Positions 44,575-54,892 are shown, counted from the stretch's first letter. The stretch: 64,000 nt of DNA from a bacterium HR15 (GCA_002898555.1 BEHR01000014.1:1416-65415); one strand, 5' to 3'. The notes: generated by a model not told the origin, from the sequence alone. Numbers and translations are program-made.

Positions 44575-46115
44575 TGCAGGGGACCCACCACCGCTTCGAC
44601 CGCGCGTCGCAGTGTGCCTGCCAACATCAATGTGCGCACTGCCTGGACATCGGGGGTCAGGATGCGGTCGGCTTCTAACGGAGGTACCACGGTGCGAATT
44701 GCTTGGAGCGCGGCTTTGACGCCTGGTCCTGGCTCCAGGGGTTTGTGGAACTCCAGCGCCTGCGCGGCGTTCACCAGCTCAATTGCAATCACCCAGCGCG
44801 CGTTCTCTAAGATCATCCGTGCTTGGCGCGCCGCCGTCGCCCCCATCGAGACATGGTCCTCTTGATTCGCGCTGGTGGGGATCGAATCGACCGAGGCGGG
44901 ATGTGCCAGCACCTTGTTTTCCGACACGAGGCTCGCCGCGGTGTACTGCGAGAGCATCAGTCCCGAATGCAGCCCGCTCTGCTTTGCGAGGAAGGCAGGT
45001 AATCCCGACAGGTCGGGATCCAGCATATACTCGATGCGTCGCTCGCTGATGTTGGCAAGCTCGGCAATGGCGATTTTGGCGTAGTCCATCGCGAGTGCCA
45101 CAGGCTGCCCGTGAAAGTTGCCTGCGGACAGAACCTCATCCTCATCGGGGAACACAAGCGGGTTGTCCGTGACGCTGTTGATTTCCCGCTCGATCACTTC
45201 GTGCACATGGCCCAGGGCGTCGCGCGTTGCCCCGTGCACCTGCGGGATGCAACGCAGGGAGTAAGCATCTTGCACCTTGTCGCAAAATTCGTGCGATTTA
45301 TGAATGGGGCTATTGGCACCCAGTTTGCGGATATTGTCCGCCACTAGGGCGGCCCCCGGATGGGGTCGCACCCGCGCCACTTTGGGGTCAAAGGGGCGCA
45401 AGCTTCCCTTGAGCGCTTCAAGGCTCATCGCACCCGCAATATCGGCCAGTGTGCAGAGTTCAAGGGCGTCATACACGAGCAACGCGCCGATAGCTGTCAT
45501 CGCTTGCGTGCCGTTGATGAGGGCAAGCCCCTCCTTGGCTTCCAGTTCCACCGGTTCCAGCCCAGCAACGCGAAGCGCATCGCCCCCTTTGAGAAGCTGC
45601 CCCTCATACTCCGCTTCCCCCTCGCCGATTAATGGTAGGCTCATATGTGCCAATGGGGCAAGATCGCCACTTGCCCCGACCGACCCCTGCGACGGCACCA
45701 CCGGATGCACCCGCCGATTGAGCATCTCCAGCAGCAGGTCGATGACCTGTTCGCGCACGCCACTGTAACCCAGCGCAAGGCTCTGCGCCCGCAGCAGCAT
45801 CATAGCACGCACCACCTCTGTGGGAAACGGCTCTCCGACACCCATGGCGTGGGAGAGCAACAGATTGCGCTGGAGGGTACGGGTCTGTTCGGAGCTGATG
45901 CGCTGGTTCACTAACTTGCCCAGCCCGGTGGTGACGCCATACACGACGCGGTTCTCGGCAAGCAACTGCTCCACATAACGGCGGCTTTTGCGTACTCGCT
46001 GGCGTGCATCCTCGTCCAGCTGGACAGGCGCGTATTCACGCGCCACGCGCACCACATCCTCAATCGTAAGGGGTTTCCCCACCACAACAGGCTCCACTGC
46101 CTCGTTGCCCTGCAT
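44571..46115 (-). CDS. hutH: Histidine ammonia-lyase (MIO-dependent aromatic amino acid lyase family)
   Basis: GSVGASGDLAPLAHM (Ala-Ser-Gly MIO triad), 514 aa. Confidence 0.85.
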   Translation of the reverse strand: MQGNEAVEPVVVGKPLTIEDVVRVAREYAPVQLDEDARQRVRKSRRYVEQLLAENRVVYGVTTGLGKLVNQRISSEQTRTLQRNLLLSHAMGVGEPFPTEVVRAMMLLRAQSLALGYSGVREQVIDLLLEMLNRRVHPVVPSQGSVGASGDLAPLAHMSLPLIGEGEAEYEGQLLKGGDALRVAGLEPVELEAKEGLALINGTQAMTAIGALLVYDALELCTLADIAGAMSLEALKGSLRPFDPKVARVRPHPGAALVADNIRKLGANSPIHKSHEFCDKVQDAYSLRCIPQVHGATRDALGHVHEVIEREINSVTDNPLVFPDEDEVLSAGNFHGQPVALAMDYAKIAIAELANISERRIEYMLDPDLSGLPAFLAKQSGLHSGLMLSQYTAASLVSENKVLAHPASVDSIPTSANQEDHVSMGATAARQARMILENARWVIAIELVNAAQALEFHKPLEPGPGVKAALQAIRTVVPPLEADRILTPDVQAVRTLMLAGTLRRAVEAVVGPLH

Positions 46116-46122
46116 GGTTATA

Positions 46123-46128
46123 AAGATA
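46123..46128 (-). promoter_or_regulatory. -10-like TATCTT, 7 nt before hutH ATG
   Basis: Minus strand GGGTATCTTTATAACCATG. Confidence 0.3.
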
Positions 46129-46156
46129 CCCTGCTACTGGGTGCCGCTCGTGGCTT

Positions 46157-46172
46157 TGTTCAACTTTGAACA
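46157..46172. promoter_or_regulatory. Perfect palindrome TGTTCAA-CT-TTGAACA upstream of hutH (candidate operator)
   Basis: 7-bp inverted arms read directly; centre about 50 nt upstream of hutH ATG 46115. Confidence 0.3.
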
Positions 46173-46207
46173 GGGTTGTTGAAAGCAGGCAAGAGGCAGG
46201 TCGTGCG

Positions 46208-46232
46208 GGGGAGGGGCATCGCGCCCCTCCCC
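46208..46232 (-). terminator. GC-rich hairpin downstream of the dockerin-protein gene
   Basis: GGGGAGGGGC-atcgc-GCCCCTCCCC, perfect 10-bp stem, 16 nt after the stop at 46248. No U-tract, so terminator function is uncertain. Confidence 0.35.
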
Positions 46233-46247
46233 ATACCGCAACGGTCC

Positions 46248-47528
46248 CTACGGATTCACTCGGTAGATGTCGAGGCGGTCGTCGCCGGCAACAAAGTTCG
46301 CCTGGATGACGAAGAGGTAGCGGGCGATGGGGCTGGAGCCGAAGTTGAACAGCACTGTGAGCAGGTCCGCATCGTCCACCGTGCCGTCCCCGTTCACATC
46401 CGCGCTCGGATCGCTGCTGCCAAAGGCGAACAGCACCGCCAGCAGATCGGCATCGTCCACCGTGCCGTCCAGATTCACATCGCCCGCGGACGGGTCAGGT
46501 CCGTCGCCATAGGTGAAGTTCAGCACATCGCGGGCAAACGGGTCCGGGGTGGTACCATCAGGCAGCGGCTCGCTCCCGTCCAACTCCAGATAGGGTGTCC
46601 ATGTGGCGCCGCTACCTTGATAGACGAAGACTTTGCGAAAGCTGTTATTCCCATCGCGCCGATTGAAGAGCAGCAGGTCGCCGGAGGGAGTGGGCAGGTA
46701 AAGGACATTAATCAGCACCTGGAACGCGCTGTCGCTGGAGAGGTCTATCAACAGGTTCGCCCGATTACCCGCCACCGTGTCTGTACCTGTACGCTGGGCA
46801 TACCAGACGCTGTTGTCCACACGCAGATAGGCATCGCCATTCGGGGCGAAGCTAATGTCGCGCATGCCGGTCGTGGTACTGTTGTCGGGTCGGGTGGGCG
46901 TCGCCAGAATGTTGGGCAGTGCAGCCCCAGTGGCAAAGTCGCGCCGAAAAATGAACCCGCGCCCGCGTGCCAGAATCGCCAGCGACTCGCCGCTACCCTG
47001 ATAGCCCGGATCGATGGCAACACACTCCATGCGTGTGGTGGTGCCTGGCGTTAAGTCGGCAGGCATGACCACGCCGGTGCCGTTCCAATTCATGTCTTGG
47101 GCGCCGGTGGCCGCGTCGAACTTACGCACGCCCGTGCGTGCGGGATTGCCGCTCCCATCGCCCAGCCCCGTGCCCAAATAGAGGAAACCGTCCTTATACA
47201 CGACATAGGTGGAACGGCTCTGTGCCGCTTGAGTGAGCGAAATGAGCGGGAGAAAGTTCCACTGGTTCACATCGGGCGAGAGAACATTCTCGATCTTCAG
47301 CACACCCACAGGTACAGGGTCCGCGGTATTCGCGACCGAGAAACCCGCCACATAGAGATTACGCCCATCGAAGGCGACATCGGACACGCTATCACCTTGT
47401 GGACCGCCCGCGGTGAAGTAGCTGGAGAGATCCACCGTCTTCAGGTGGACGAAAGTGGGCTGCGCCCACAGTGCGCTCGCGCCTATGCCGAGCGCCAAAA
47501 GCCCTGTCAACACACTCATCCTCATCAT
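46248..47528 (-). CDS. Secreted protein with C-terminal dockerin-type repeat pair
   Basis: AGGAGG 6 nt before ATG 47528. Signal MMRMSVLTGLLALGIGASALWA. DVNLDGTVDDADLLAVLFAFGS and DVNGDGTVDDADLLTVLFNFGS. Confidence 0.7.
   Translation of the reverse strand: MMRMSVLTGLLALGIGASALWAQPTFVHLKTVDLSSYFTAGGPQGDSVSDVAFDGRNLYVAGFSVANTADPVPVGVLKIENVLSPDVNQWNFLPLISLTQAAQSRSTYVVYKDGFLYLGTGLGDGSGNPARTGVRKFDAATGAQDMNWNGTGVVMPADLTPGTTTRMECVAIDPGYQGSGESLAILARGRGFIFRRDFATGAALPNILATPTRPDNSTTTGMRDISFAPNGDAYLRVDNSVWYAQRTGTDTVAGNRANLLIDLSSDSAFQVLINVLYLPTPSGDLLLFNRRDGNNSFRKVFVYQGSGATWTPYLELDGSEPLPDGTTPDPFARDVLNFTYGDGPDPSAGDVNLDGTVDDADLLAVLFAFGSSDPSADVNGDGTVDDADLLTVLFNFGSSPIARYLFVIQANFVAGDDRLDIYRVNP
46369..46470 (-). 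repeat. Internal duplication encoding the two dockerin segments
   Basis: 21-nt exact repeat GCATCGTCCACCGTGCCGTCC at 46369-46389 and 46450-46470 (81-nt period). Confidence 0.9.
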
Positions 47529-47556
47529 CGATGACCTCCTTTCTAAGGGTACTTCC

Positions 47557-47562
47557 ATTATA
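47557..47562 (-). promoter_or_regulatory. -10 box TATAAT for the dockerin-protein gene
   Basis: Minus strand GGGGTATAATGG. Leader carries AGGAGG before ATG 47528. Confidence 0.45.
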
Positions 47563-47700
47563 CCCCATGCTTACAGGGTTTTTCAAGGGGAACCCCATAC
47601 TCGCCGCTGTGGCAGATGGGGTATCTCCTTATAGAAAAGCTGAGCGGGTTTGGAGAGAGTGAAAGATCAGGAGAGTAGGCACAAAGTGTGCCCTCTATAT

Positions 47701-48888
47701 TTAACTTGCTCTTTGATCGGGTAGTTGCTCGGCTTCGGCAGCGGGTAAAAAGATAGAGAAGCGCGTGCCCTTACCCACTTCGCTCGCTACCTGAATTTGT
47801 CCATTATGCTCCAGCACCACCTGTCGCGCGATGGAGAGTCCCAGCCCCGTACCTTCCGCCTTGTGCGTGTAGAATGGCTCAAAGATATGCTCCAGTGCAT
47901 CGGGCGGAATGCCTTCACCCGTGTCTTCTATATGCACCCAGACACCCTTTGGGTCGTTGGATGACTCACTGATGACGGTGACGACACCTCCGGAAGGCGT
48001 TGCTTGCTGCGCGTTAATCAGCAAATTGGTAAACACCTGTTGCAAGCGCGCGGCGTTGCCCCACACGGGCGGTAACTCAGGTGCCAGCTGCTTTTGCAAC
48101 ACAATCCCTTGCCGCAGCAACACATGCTCGGTAAATACGAACGAATCGTGCAGTACCTGATTAATGTTTACCAGGTGGCGTTGTTCGGGGTGGGAGGTGC
48201 GCGCGAATCGCAGCAGCGTGCCTACGATATCGCGTGCCCGATAGACGCCCTGCATCATGTTCTCCAGCGCTTGCAGTAGTCGCTCGTATTCGGCATCGGA
48301 CCAATTTTCTGGGCGTCGGCTTCGGAGCTTTTCGTAAATCATCTGGGCGAAACCCAGCACGGCGGTCAGCGGATTGTTTAGTTCGTGTGCCACTCCTGCT
48401 GCCAGCTGCCCAATAGCCGACATCTTCTCGTTCTGGATTAGCGCTTCCGATTTGCGCTTCAACTCCTCGTAGGCTTGCTGCAGTTGCTCAAAGAGCATGC
48501 GGTTGTGCCGTCGCAAGTTGCGCCGCTCCAGGGCACGCTCCACGATGGTATTCAACACCGCGATATCGTCCAGAGGCTTGAGCAGATATTCAAAGATGTT
48601 GCCTGCTTTGAATGCCTGCAGTGCGTTTTCGAGCGTGCCATGCCCTGTCAGCACGATGACCTCGGTTTCTGGGTGGAGTTCATGAGCCGCGCTGATGACG
48701 CTTAACCCGTCCTTGCGGGGCATTTTCATATCGGTGATGACGACGGGGTACTCGCGTTCGTGCAGCTTCTGGATGGCTTCCTCGCCGTTGCAGGCGGTCT
48801 CCACTTGAAAGCCCCCCATTTGCAGCTGCCGCGCCAAGATATAGCGCAGATCTTCCTCGTCGTCCACAATCAGAATAGGCTCCTCCAC
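47701..48888 (-). CDS. Hybrid response-regulator receiver / histidine kinase
   Basis: REC: ILIVDDEEDL...VITDMKMPRKDG. HisKA H-box AHELNNPLTAV. HATPase: DTGEGI, GTGLGLSIARQVV. Confidence 0.85.
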   Translation of the reverse strand: MEEPILIVDDEEDLRYILARQLQMGGFQVETACNGEEAIQKLHEREYPVVITDMKMPRKDGLSVISAAHELHPETEVIVLTGHGTLENALQAFKAGNIFEYLLKPLDDIAVLNTIVERALERRNLRRHNRMLFEQLQQAYEELKRKSEALIQNEKMSAIGQLAAGVAHELNNPLTAVLGFAQMIYEKLRSRRPENWSDAEYERLLQALENMMQGVYRARDIVGTLLRFARTSHPEQRHLVNINQVLHDSFVFTEHVLLRQGIVLQKQLAPELPPVWGNAARLQQVFTNLLINAQQATPSGGVVTVISESSNDPKGVWVHIEDTGEGIPPDALEHIFEPFYTHKAEGTGLGLSIARQVVLEHNGQIQVASEVGKGTRFSIFLPAAEAEQLPDQRAS

Positions 48889-49023
48889 GATGGTTCACCA
48901 ACCCGTTAGTTAGTTCCCTTGGTTTGTCAGGATAAGATTTTCGGCATGTGGGGTGGCGTTTTGGAGGAGGCGAAGCAACTGTGTCGCCTCGGTGGGTTGG
49001 GTATTCTACTTCACGCACGCGGC

Positions 49024-50238
49024 ATGGACACCTATCGTCAGCTGGAGGCGTTCATCCAGACTTTCGGGGCGCGCCCTGCCACCTCTGAGAGGGAGCGCAG
49101 GGCGCGTGAATATCTTGCGCGGCAGCTGCAAGCGCACGGTGTTAAAACGGTGATGCAGCCGTTCCACAGCGTGCCGTCGCTGACCCTTCCATGGCTGACT
49201 GTCGCACTGCTTTTTGCGCTGTCGGGCGCGCTGGTCTGGCTCACACACAGCGGATGGCTGCAAGGGGGCGCGGCACTCGGCAGCCTGACCGCCTGTGCCC
49301 TCTACTGGGGGCTGATCAGCGGCAGGTGGGATGTGATGCGCCTCTTCCCTAAGCGGGAGAGCGCCAACCTTATCGGTATCGTCCCAGCGAGGGAGCAAAC
49401 GCTTCACCAAATCGTGCTCATGGCGCATATCGATACGCAGCGTGCCACTCTGTTATGGCATCCTCGGTTAGTGCGCCGGTTCGGGCAGAACTTCACGATT
49501 CAAACCGTGTTGCTTGGATTGCACGGGCTGGGTGCATTGGGATGGCTCGCGCATCTCCTGCTGCAGAACCCGGCTCTCCATCCCCCATTCCTCAAGCCCG
49601 ATTACCTTCTGATAGGGGCACGGTGGCTGATGCTGCCCGGTTCACTGCTCTCCCTCTGGGGCATCGTTGTGTTGCTCCATCGGGAACTCGTGCTGGATTG
49701 GGTGCAGGGCGCGAATGATAATGGTTCTGGTGTGGCGGTCGTGCTGAGTCTATTGATGGAGCTGGCGCGGCAGCCGTTGGCGCATGTGGAGGTATGGGGT
49801 GTGTTCACAGGTTGCGAGGAGGTGGGTATGCCTGCCGGGGCATTCGCCTTTGAGCGCGAATACGGCTGGCAGCTACGCGACGCCTCGTTTCTGATCATCG
49901 ACCATGTGGGGCTGGGTGGAGCCCGTTATCTGATTGCCGAAGGCATGCTGCCACGCGCCCATGCCCACCCTGAAATGATTGCATGGATGCAGTCGCTTGC
50001 TAATGCTCATCCCGAATGGTCGCTGCAACCGAGCGCAGTACCCCCTGGCGCCTATACCGACGCCTTGCCGCTACTGATCAAGGGCTACCGCGCAATCGCC
50101 CTCTGGTGCGAGCAGCAACCGGGCATCCCACCCCACTGGCACTGGATAACCGATGTGCTGGAGCATGTGAACCCGTCTGATTTGGAGCGTGTGCGGGTAA
50201 TTGTTCGGACCGCGCTGGAAACGGCCCCGATTCGTTAA
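49024..50238 (+). CDS. Membrane-associated M28-family metallopeptidase
   Basis: MAHIDTQRA, GANDNGSGVAVVLSL, FTGCEEVGMPAGA, interspersed hydrophobic helices. Start uncertain (TTG 48919 vs ATG 49024). Confidence 0.6.
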   Translation: MDTYRQLEAFIQTFGARPATSERERRAREYLARQLQAHGVKTVMQPFHSVPSLTLPWLTVALLFALSGALVWLTHSGWLQGGAALGSLTACALYWGLISGRWDVMRLFPKRESANLIGIVPAREQTLHQIVLMAHIDTQRATLLWHPRLVRRFGQNFTIQTVLLGLHGLGALGWLAHLLLQNPALHPPFLKPDYLLIGARWLMLPGSLLSLWGIVVLLHRELVLDWVQGANDNGSGVAVVLSLLMELARQPLAHVEVWGVFTGCEEVGMPAGAFAFEREYGWQLRDASFLIIDHVGLGGARYLIAEGMLPRAHAHPEMIAWMQSLANAHPEWSLQPSAVPPGAYTDALPLLIKGYRAIALWCEQQPGIPPHWHWITDVLEHVNPSDLERVRVIVRTALETAPIR

Positions 50239-50585
50239 AGCTCGAAGGCACGACGCAGACATTCACGAACCTGTTGCCAGTCCTGTTCGCTGAGTCTGCC
50301 CAATCTTGATTTGACTCGTTCTATACGAATGGTGGCAGGGCGACAGCGTACAGCAGACACTGTTTTCAAACCCGCATCCTGCCAATCCCAATGCGGACAA
50401 TCGGTCTCACAGGCAGCTCGCTCTATTTGCGAAGTGATCATCAATACAATAACCTCATTCTCACAATCAGGATAGGAGGGCGAACTTACAACCACGGCGG
50501 GGCGTAGTTTGCTGCCCGTCATATCGCTGAAAGGAAACTCGACCAAGACGACATCGCGAGGGTAAGGTTTAGCCTCCGCTGCCAT
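50235..50585 (-). CDS. PemK/MazF-family toxin
   Basis: RDVVLVEFPFSDMTGSKLRPAVVVSS ... VLMITSQ; 116 aa. Confidence 0.8.
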   Translation of the reverse strand: MAAEAKPYPRDVVLVEFPFSDMTGSKLRPAVVVSSPSYPDCENEVIVLMITSQIERAACETDCPHWDWQDAGLKTVSAVRCRPATIRIERVKSRLGRLSEQDWQQVRECLRRAFEL

Positions 50586-50865
50586 TTTTGTCCCATGTCT
50601 CAGCAGTCAGCATGAGCCAGCCCATCGTTTCAGCAACTTGAAACAACTCGTCTTCATCTACATAGTCCTGCGCTTGTAGCAATTGGGACGACGACAAGCA
50701 GAAAGCGTACAGCGAATCTGAGGAATCGGCAGAAGGGCTGATCGTTTGGAGATGCCTGCGTTGCCTGCGACAAACCTTTAGCAGCCCCTCTTCAATCCAG
50801 CTGCGGATTATCTCCTGCGATGTTCCCAGACGCTGTGCTGCCTGTTCAATCGTGATTTTGCCCAT
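50569..50865 (-). CDS. HTH-domain antitoxin (MerR/excisionase-like)
   Basis: MGKITIEQAAQRLGTSQEIIRSWIEEGLLKV. 17-nt overlap with the toxin. ATG 50865 lies 7 nt after TATAAT. Confidence 0.6.
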   Translation of the reverse strand: MGKITIEQAAQRLGTSQEIIRSWIEEGLLKVCRRQRRHLQTISPSADSSDSLYAFCLSSSQLLQAQDYVDEDELFQVAETMGWLMLTAETWDKNGSGG

Positions 50866-50872
50866 CGTGTAG

Positions 50873-50878
50873 ATTATA
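50873..50878 (-). promoter_or_regulatory. -10 box TATAAT, 7 nt before HTH-antitoxin ATG (leaderless-type)
   Basis: Minus strand AAGGTATAATCTACACGATG. Confidence 0.5.
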
Positions 50879-50884
50879 CCTTAA

Positions 50885-51655
50885 TCATCTTGTTGGTGAG
50901 AGAGGGGTGGCTTGCTGTAATATGAGTGCCATGCAGTAGCCTGCTCCGAAGCCGTTGTCGATATTAACCACGCACACGCCGGGCGCACAGGAGTTGAGCA
51001 TGGTAAGCAGGGGCGCCAGTCCGCCCAAATGGGCACCGTAGCCAACGCTGGTCGGCACAGCGATCACGGGGCATGGCACTAACCCGCCCACCACGCTGGC
51101 TAATGCGCCTTCCATACCCGCAACCACCACAATCGCCCTCGCTTCCATCAGCAGCGTGCGATGATCCAGCAAGCGGTGGATGCCTGCCACGCCCACATCA
51201 AAAAGCGTTTCCACCCGTACGCCCATAAAGCGAGCTGTTAGTATCGCCTCCTGCGCCACGGGCATGTCGGCTGTGCCTGCCGAGACCACCACCCCGTAGG
51301 GTTGTTCTGGTGGCTGGGGGAAATCACCCACCGTCAGTGCCCGTGCCTCTTCATGATAAACCGCCTGCGGCACCCGCTGCTGGGCCGCTTCATACTGTGC
51401 GGGGTCTACGCGCGTGGCAAGCACGCGCCCGCGGGCAGCGAGCCGCTCCACCAACACCGCGACCTGCTCCGGGGTTTTGCCTTGTCCAAACACCACTTCA
51501 GGGAAGCCTTTGCGCAGGGCGCGATGATGGTCGATACGGGCGAACCCCAGCGTTTCATAGGGTAGATCGCGTAGCTGTTGGAGTGCCTCTTCCACGCTGA
51601 GCGTGCCCGCCTGCACCGCTTGAAGCACCTGATGCAACCAGTCCGCGCCTTGCAC
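50885..51655 (-). CDS. larB: Nickel-pincer cofactor biosynthesis protein LarB (AIR-carboxylase-like)
   Basis: VVSAGTADMPVAQEA and VVAGMEGALASVVGGLVPCPVIAVPTSVGYG with an N-terminal extension. Confidence 0.75.
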   Translation of the reverse strand: MQGADWLHQVLQAVQAGTLSVEEALQQLRDLPYETLGFARIDHHRALRKGFPEVVFGQGKTPEQVAVLVERLAARGRVLATRVDPAQYEAAQQRVPQAVYHEEARALTVGDFPQPPEQPYGVVVSAGTADMPVAQEAILTARFMGVRVETLFDVGVAGIHRLLDHRTLLMEARAIVVVAGMEGALASVVGGLVPCPVIAVPTSVGYGAHLGGLAPLLTMLNSCAPGVCVVNIDNGFGAGYCMALILQQATPLSPTR

Positions 51656-51715
51656 GATCTGCTCCCAAATTTTTTCTCCGACCCCGCAGGCGCCCTGAAG
51701 AAAAATTTTGTTAGT

Positions 51716-53065
51716 TCATTGGTGCGGGATTTTCTCCCTGATTTTCGCCCGCACCGTGTCGGGTTCCAGCGTGCGCCAGTTGCCATCTTGATAGAGAATG
51801 ACGCCATCCACCATTGTCAGGGCAACATCCTCGCCTTGTGCAACCAGCACCAGCGCGGTATAGGGGTCAGGCATCTGGCTAAAGGCGAGTCGATGCGTGC
51901 GCACAGCGATCAGATCGGCGCGCTTACCCGGCTCTAAGGAGCCAATCTGGTCATCCGCACCGAGGCTGCGCGCACCCTCCAGCGTGGCAATCGCCACCCA
52001 ATCGCGCCAACTCGGCTGTGCTGTGTAAGCGTGCGCGCGCTGCATCAATGCGCCGAAGCGCATCTCCTCCAACAAATCGAAGCTGCCGCTGCTCACCACG
52101 CTATCCGTGCCCAGCCCGATACGCACCCCGCGCCGGCGCAGCTCATAGATGGGCGCGACACCTGTCAGCAGCCGCGCGTTGGAACGCGGACAGTGTGCCA
52201 CCGAAGCCATCGACTCAGCAATAAAACGCATTTCGTAAGGCTCGACACGCACGCAATGCACCAGTTGTGTGGAGGGGGTCAACACACCCGCTTGATGGAG
52301 ATACTCCACGGGCGGCACACGGGGGTGCAGATAATCTATGCCGCGTTGAGCAAACATCTCGGCAAAGGGACCTGACCCGGAGCGTGTCAGCGCGACCTCT
52401 TCCGACGATTCGGACGCATGGATGCTTAGAGGGAGCTGTTCCTGTTGGGCAGAGCGTGCTATCGCTTTGAGCAGGCTATCGCGCACGGTGTAGACCGCGT
52501 GGGGTGAGATGCCCAGCGAGACGCGCTCCATTGCCCCATACTTCTCGATGGTCTTGCGTAGCGTGCCCAGCCGCTCCTGCAGCTGCTGCAGAAGGGTGTC
52601 ATCGTCAGGCTCCTTGCCGAGACCGAACACCTCCTGATAGACGCGCCCGCGCAAACCTGCCCGCGCGAGGACCTCCGCGCTCACGCCCGTATCGGTGTTA
52701 TCCGCGACAAAGGTGATGCCGTTGGCGATGCACTCGGCGGCACCCAGCATGGCGGATGGCAGCCACAGCTCGTCGGGCATCTGCGCCTTCAGTTCCACCA
52801 GTCCGCGCAGCCACTGAAAGAACGGGGTGCGATCATTCAACCCGCGTAGCGCGGTGTATTCCAAGTGGCAGTGCGCGTTCACTAACCCCGGCATCAAGAT
52901 TGCATCGCCCAAATCGAGAACATTGTTCGCCTTACGCGATTGCGGGCGCACCTCCGCGATTTGCCCATGCTCGACGACCACCTCGCCGTTCGGCAACGGC
53001 TCACTGCTGATAGGCAGCACCCAATTCGCTCGCAGGATCAGAGGGGTGTGTTCCATGCGCGCCAC
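51716..53065 (-). CDS. Amidohydrolase (chlorohydrolase / MTA-SAH deaminase-like subgroup)
   Basis: [13 protein letters not shown] metal-binding HxH, SIHASES, GLGTDS; 449 aa. Confidence 0.8.
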   Translation of the reverse strand: MARMEHTPLILRANWVLPISSEPLPNGEVVVEHGQIAEVRPQSRKANNVLDLGDAILMPGLVNAHCHLEYTALRGLNDRTPFFQWLRGLVELKAQMPDELWLPSAMLGAAECIANGITFVADNTDTGVSAEVLARAGLRGRVYQEVFGLGKEPDDDTLLQQLQERLGTLRKTIEKYGAMERVSLGISPHAVYTVRDSLLKAIARSAQQEQLPLSIHASESSEEVALTRSGSGPFAEMFAQRGIDYLHPRVPPVEYLHQAGVLTPSTQLVHCVRVEPYEMRFIAESMASVAHCPRSNARLLTGVAPIYELRRRGVRIGLGTDSVVSSGSFDLLEEMRFGALMQRAHAYTAQPSWRDWVAIATLEGARSLGADDQIGSLEPGKRADLIAVRTHRLAFSQMPDPYTALVLVAQGEDVALTMVDGVILYQDGNWRTLEPDTVRAKIREKIPHQ

Positions 53066-53697
53066 ATCTCCTCTAAGGTGATGTTCTTCACATGCAGGTC
53101 AGCAAACAGGCAGTTGTAGCGGTAGCCGGGATCGGGCGGGTAGTCTGCCGAAAACCAGCTCTTACTTCCATGCCATTTGCCTGTGCCGTCAAAGAGCATA
53201 TTGATCTGTGAGCTAAACTGGAAGCTGCCCACGCGCATCAAGCGGAAGGCGATTTCGGTGCGAAACAGATAACTCGTGCCGTATCGCTCGTAGGATGACG
53301 GGCGTGTATCGAACGGCTCGCCCGTGAAGTCCTGGACGGTGTAGCCCACATCGGCGGGGCAGCGCCATATCTCGCGGCTCTTTTGATAGGGCTGCAACAC
53401 CTCGTGCAGAAACGGCATGTAGGGAATCCACTGCTGCCACTGCGGAAAGTCGCGCCATATCTGGGGGGTATAGCGGTCGGTCGGATCCACCGCGAAGGGA
53501 TAAAGGTCATCGTGATCCATGGCATACATGTCGATAGACATCCCGATCTGGCGCAGGTTGGAAAGACATTGGCTCTGGCGGGCTTTGGCGCGTGCGGTGG
53601 CGAACACGGGGAACAAGAGTGCCGCCAGCACCGCGATAATCGCTATCACCACCAGCAATTCAATTAAGGTAAACCCCACGCGTTTCATGATAGGCAC
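53038..53697 (-). CDS. Prepilin-type N-terminal cleavage/methylation-domain protein (DUF1559-like)
   Basis: [30 protein letters not shown]-terminal [13 protein letters not shown] resembles the DUF1559 tail. Confidence 0.8.
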   Translation of the reverse strand: MPIMKRVGFTLIELLVVIAIIAVLAALLFPVFATARAKARQSQCLSNLRQIGMSIDMYAMDHDDLYPFAVDPTDRYTPQIWRDFPQWQQWIPYMPFLHEVLQPYQKSREIWRCPADVGYTVQDFTGEPFDTRPSSYERYGTSYLFRTEIAFRLMRVGSFQFSSQINMLFDGTGKWHGSKSWFSADYPPDPGYRYNCLFADLHVKNITLEEMWRAWNTPL

Positions 53698-53812
53698 CCA
53701 CTTGCCATGATACCTAATGGAAGAGGAAGATGTCCCAACCCATGCGGGAGGGCAGGGTTTCTACTGAGCCGTCGGTTTTTCTCGGCTTATTGGGCGGCTC
53801 GTCCCTCACAGG

Positions 53813-54832
53813 CTATGAAAATTGTCGTGTAAAGGCGATATAGTCTTCCAGTGTTTCGAGGGCGCGCCCCGTTTCGATGGCGTGGAGGGCGACCGTTACG
53901 CCATCGCGTGGGTCGTCCACCCGCCCTGCCACCCAGAGCGCCATCGCGGCGCCAGGCAAGAGGGCAAGCATTCGCTGCTCGTCTTCGCCTGCCAGCGCGG
54001 CGCGTAGATAGTGCGCGTTCTGTTCTGGCGTCGCGCCGGCTATGATCGCTGCGCCCGGCAGTCGCGGTAGACCGAGATCTTCGGGGGTGAACTCGAAGGT
54101 GTCTACTGCACCGTCGGGCTTCAGGTGCGCCGCGACGGTTGTGCCGATGGGCGAGACCTCGTCCAGCCCGTCCATCCCATGCACGACCAGCGCACGCTCC
54201 GCGCCCAGTTTGCCCAGCGCCTCCGCCAGAATCGCGATCCACTGCCAGTGGAACACCCCCAGCAGTTGATGGCGTGCGCCGGCGGGGTTGGTCAGCGGTC
54301 CCAGCAAGTTGAACACGGTGCGGATGCCCAATTCACGGCGCACGGGCGCGACATGGCGCATCGCGGGGTGATGCAACGGCGCGAACAGGAAGCCAATGCC
54401 CACCTGCTGAATCGCTTCCGCCGCCTGTTCAGGAGTCAGATTGAGATTTGCGCCCAGCGATTCCAGCACATCCGCGCTGCCACACTTGCTGCTCACGGCG
54501 CGATTCCCATGCTTAGCCACAGGCACGCCTGCTGCCGCGACGACAAAGGCGACCCCGGTAGACAGGTTCCAGGTCTTTATCGCATCGCCTCCTGTGCCGC
54601 AGGTATCCAGCAGGTTCGGCAAAGAGACGGGCACCTGCACCGAGTGGGCGCGCATTGCGCGGGCGAAGCCGACAATCTCCGCTAAGGTCTCTCCGCGCGT
54701 GCGCAACGCGACCAGGATGCCCGCCATCTGCACAGGGGTCAACTCACCCCCCATCAGCGCGTGCATCAACTGTTCCGCCTCCACTTCGCTCAGCGACTCG
54801 CCTTCCAGCACCTTTTGCAGCAGCGCGTTCAT
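53813..54832 (-). CDS. trpD: Anthranilate phosphoribosyltransferase
   Basis: DTCGTGGD, KHGNRAVSSKCGSADVLE. ATG 54832 preferred because ORF-track start 54910 lies upstream of the TATAAT at 54898-54893. Confidence 0.9.
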   Translation of the reverse strand: MNALLQKVLEGESLSEVEAEQLMHALMGGELTPVQMAGILVALRTRGETLAEIVGFARAMRAHSVQVPVSLPNLLDTCGTGGDAIKTWNLSTGVAFVVAAAGVPVAKHGNRAVSSKCGSADVLESLGANLNLTPEQAAEAIQQVGIGFLFAPLHHPAMRHVAPVRRELGIRTVFNLLGPLTNPAGARHQLLGVFHWQWIAILAEALGKLGAERALVVHGMDGLDEVSPIGTTVAAHLKPDGAVDTFEFTPEDLGLPRLPGAAIIAGATPEQNAHYLRAALAGEDEQRMLALLPGAAMALWVAGRVDDPRDGVTVALHAIETGRALETLEDYIAFTRQFS

Positions 54833-54892
54833 CGCCAGTCCACACCTGTCTTGATCGGGGTAGACCCGCAGGCATGCCCCCACCACCTTGCG

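Noticed and set aside
53787-54242. Arg/Gly-rich 151-aa ORF and other ORFs overlapping trpD.
   Set aside because: They are alternative or antisense frames of trpD, whose frame carries the diagnostic GTGGD and KHGNR motifs.
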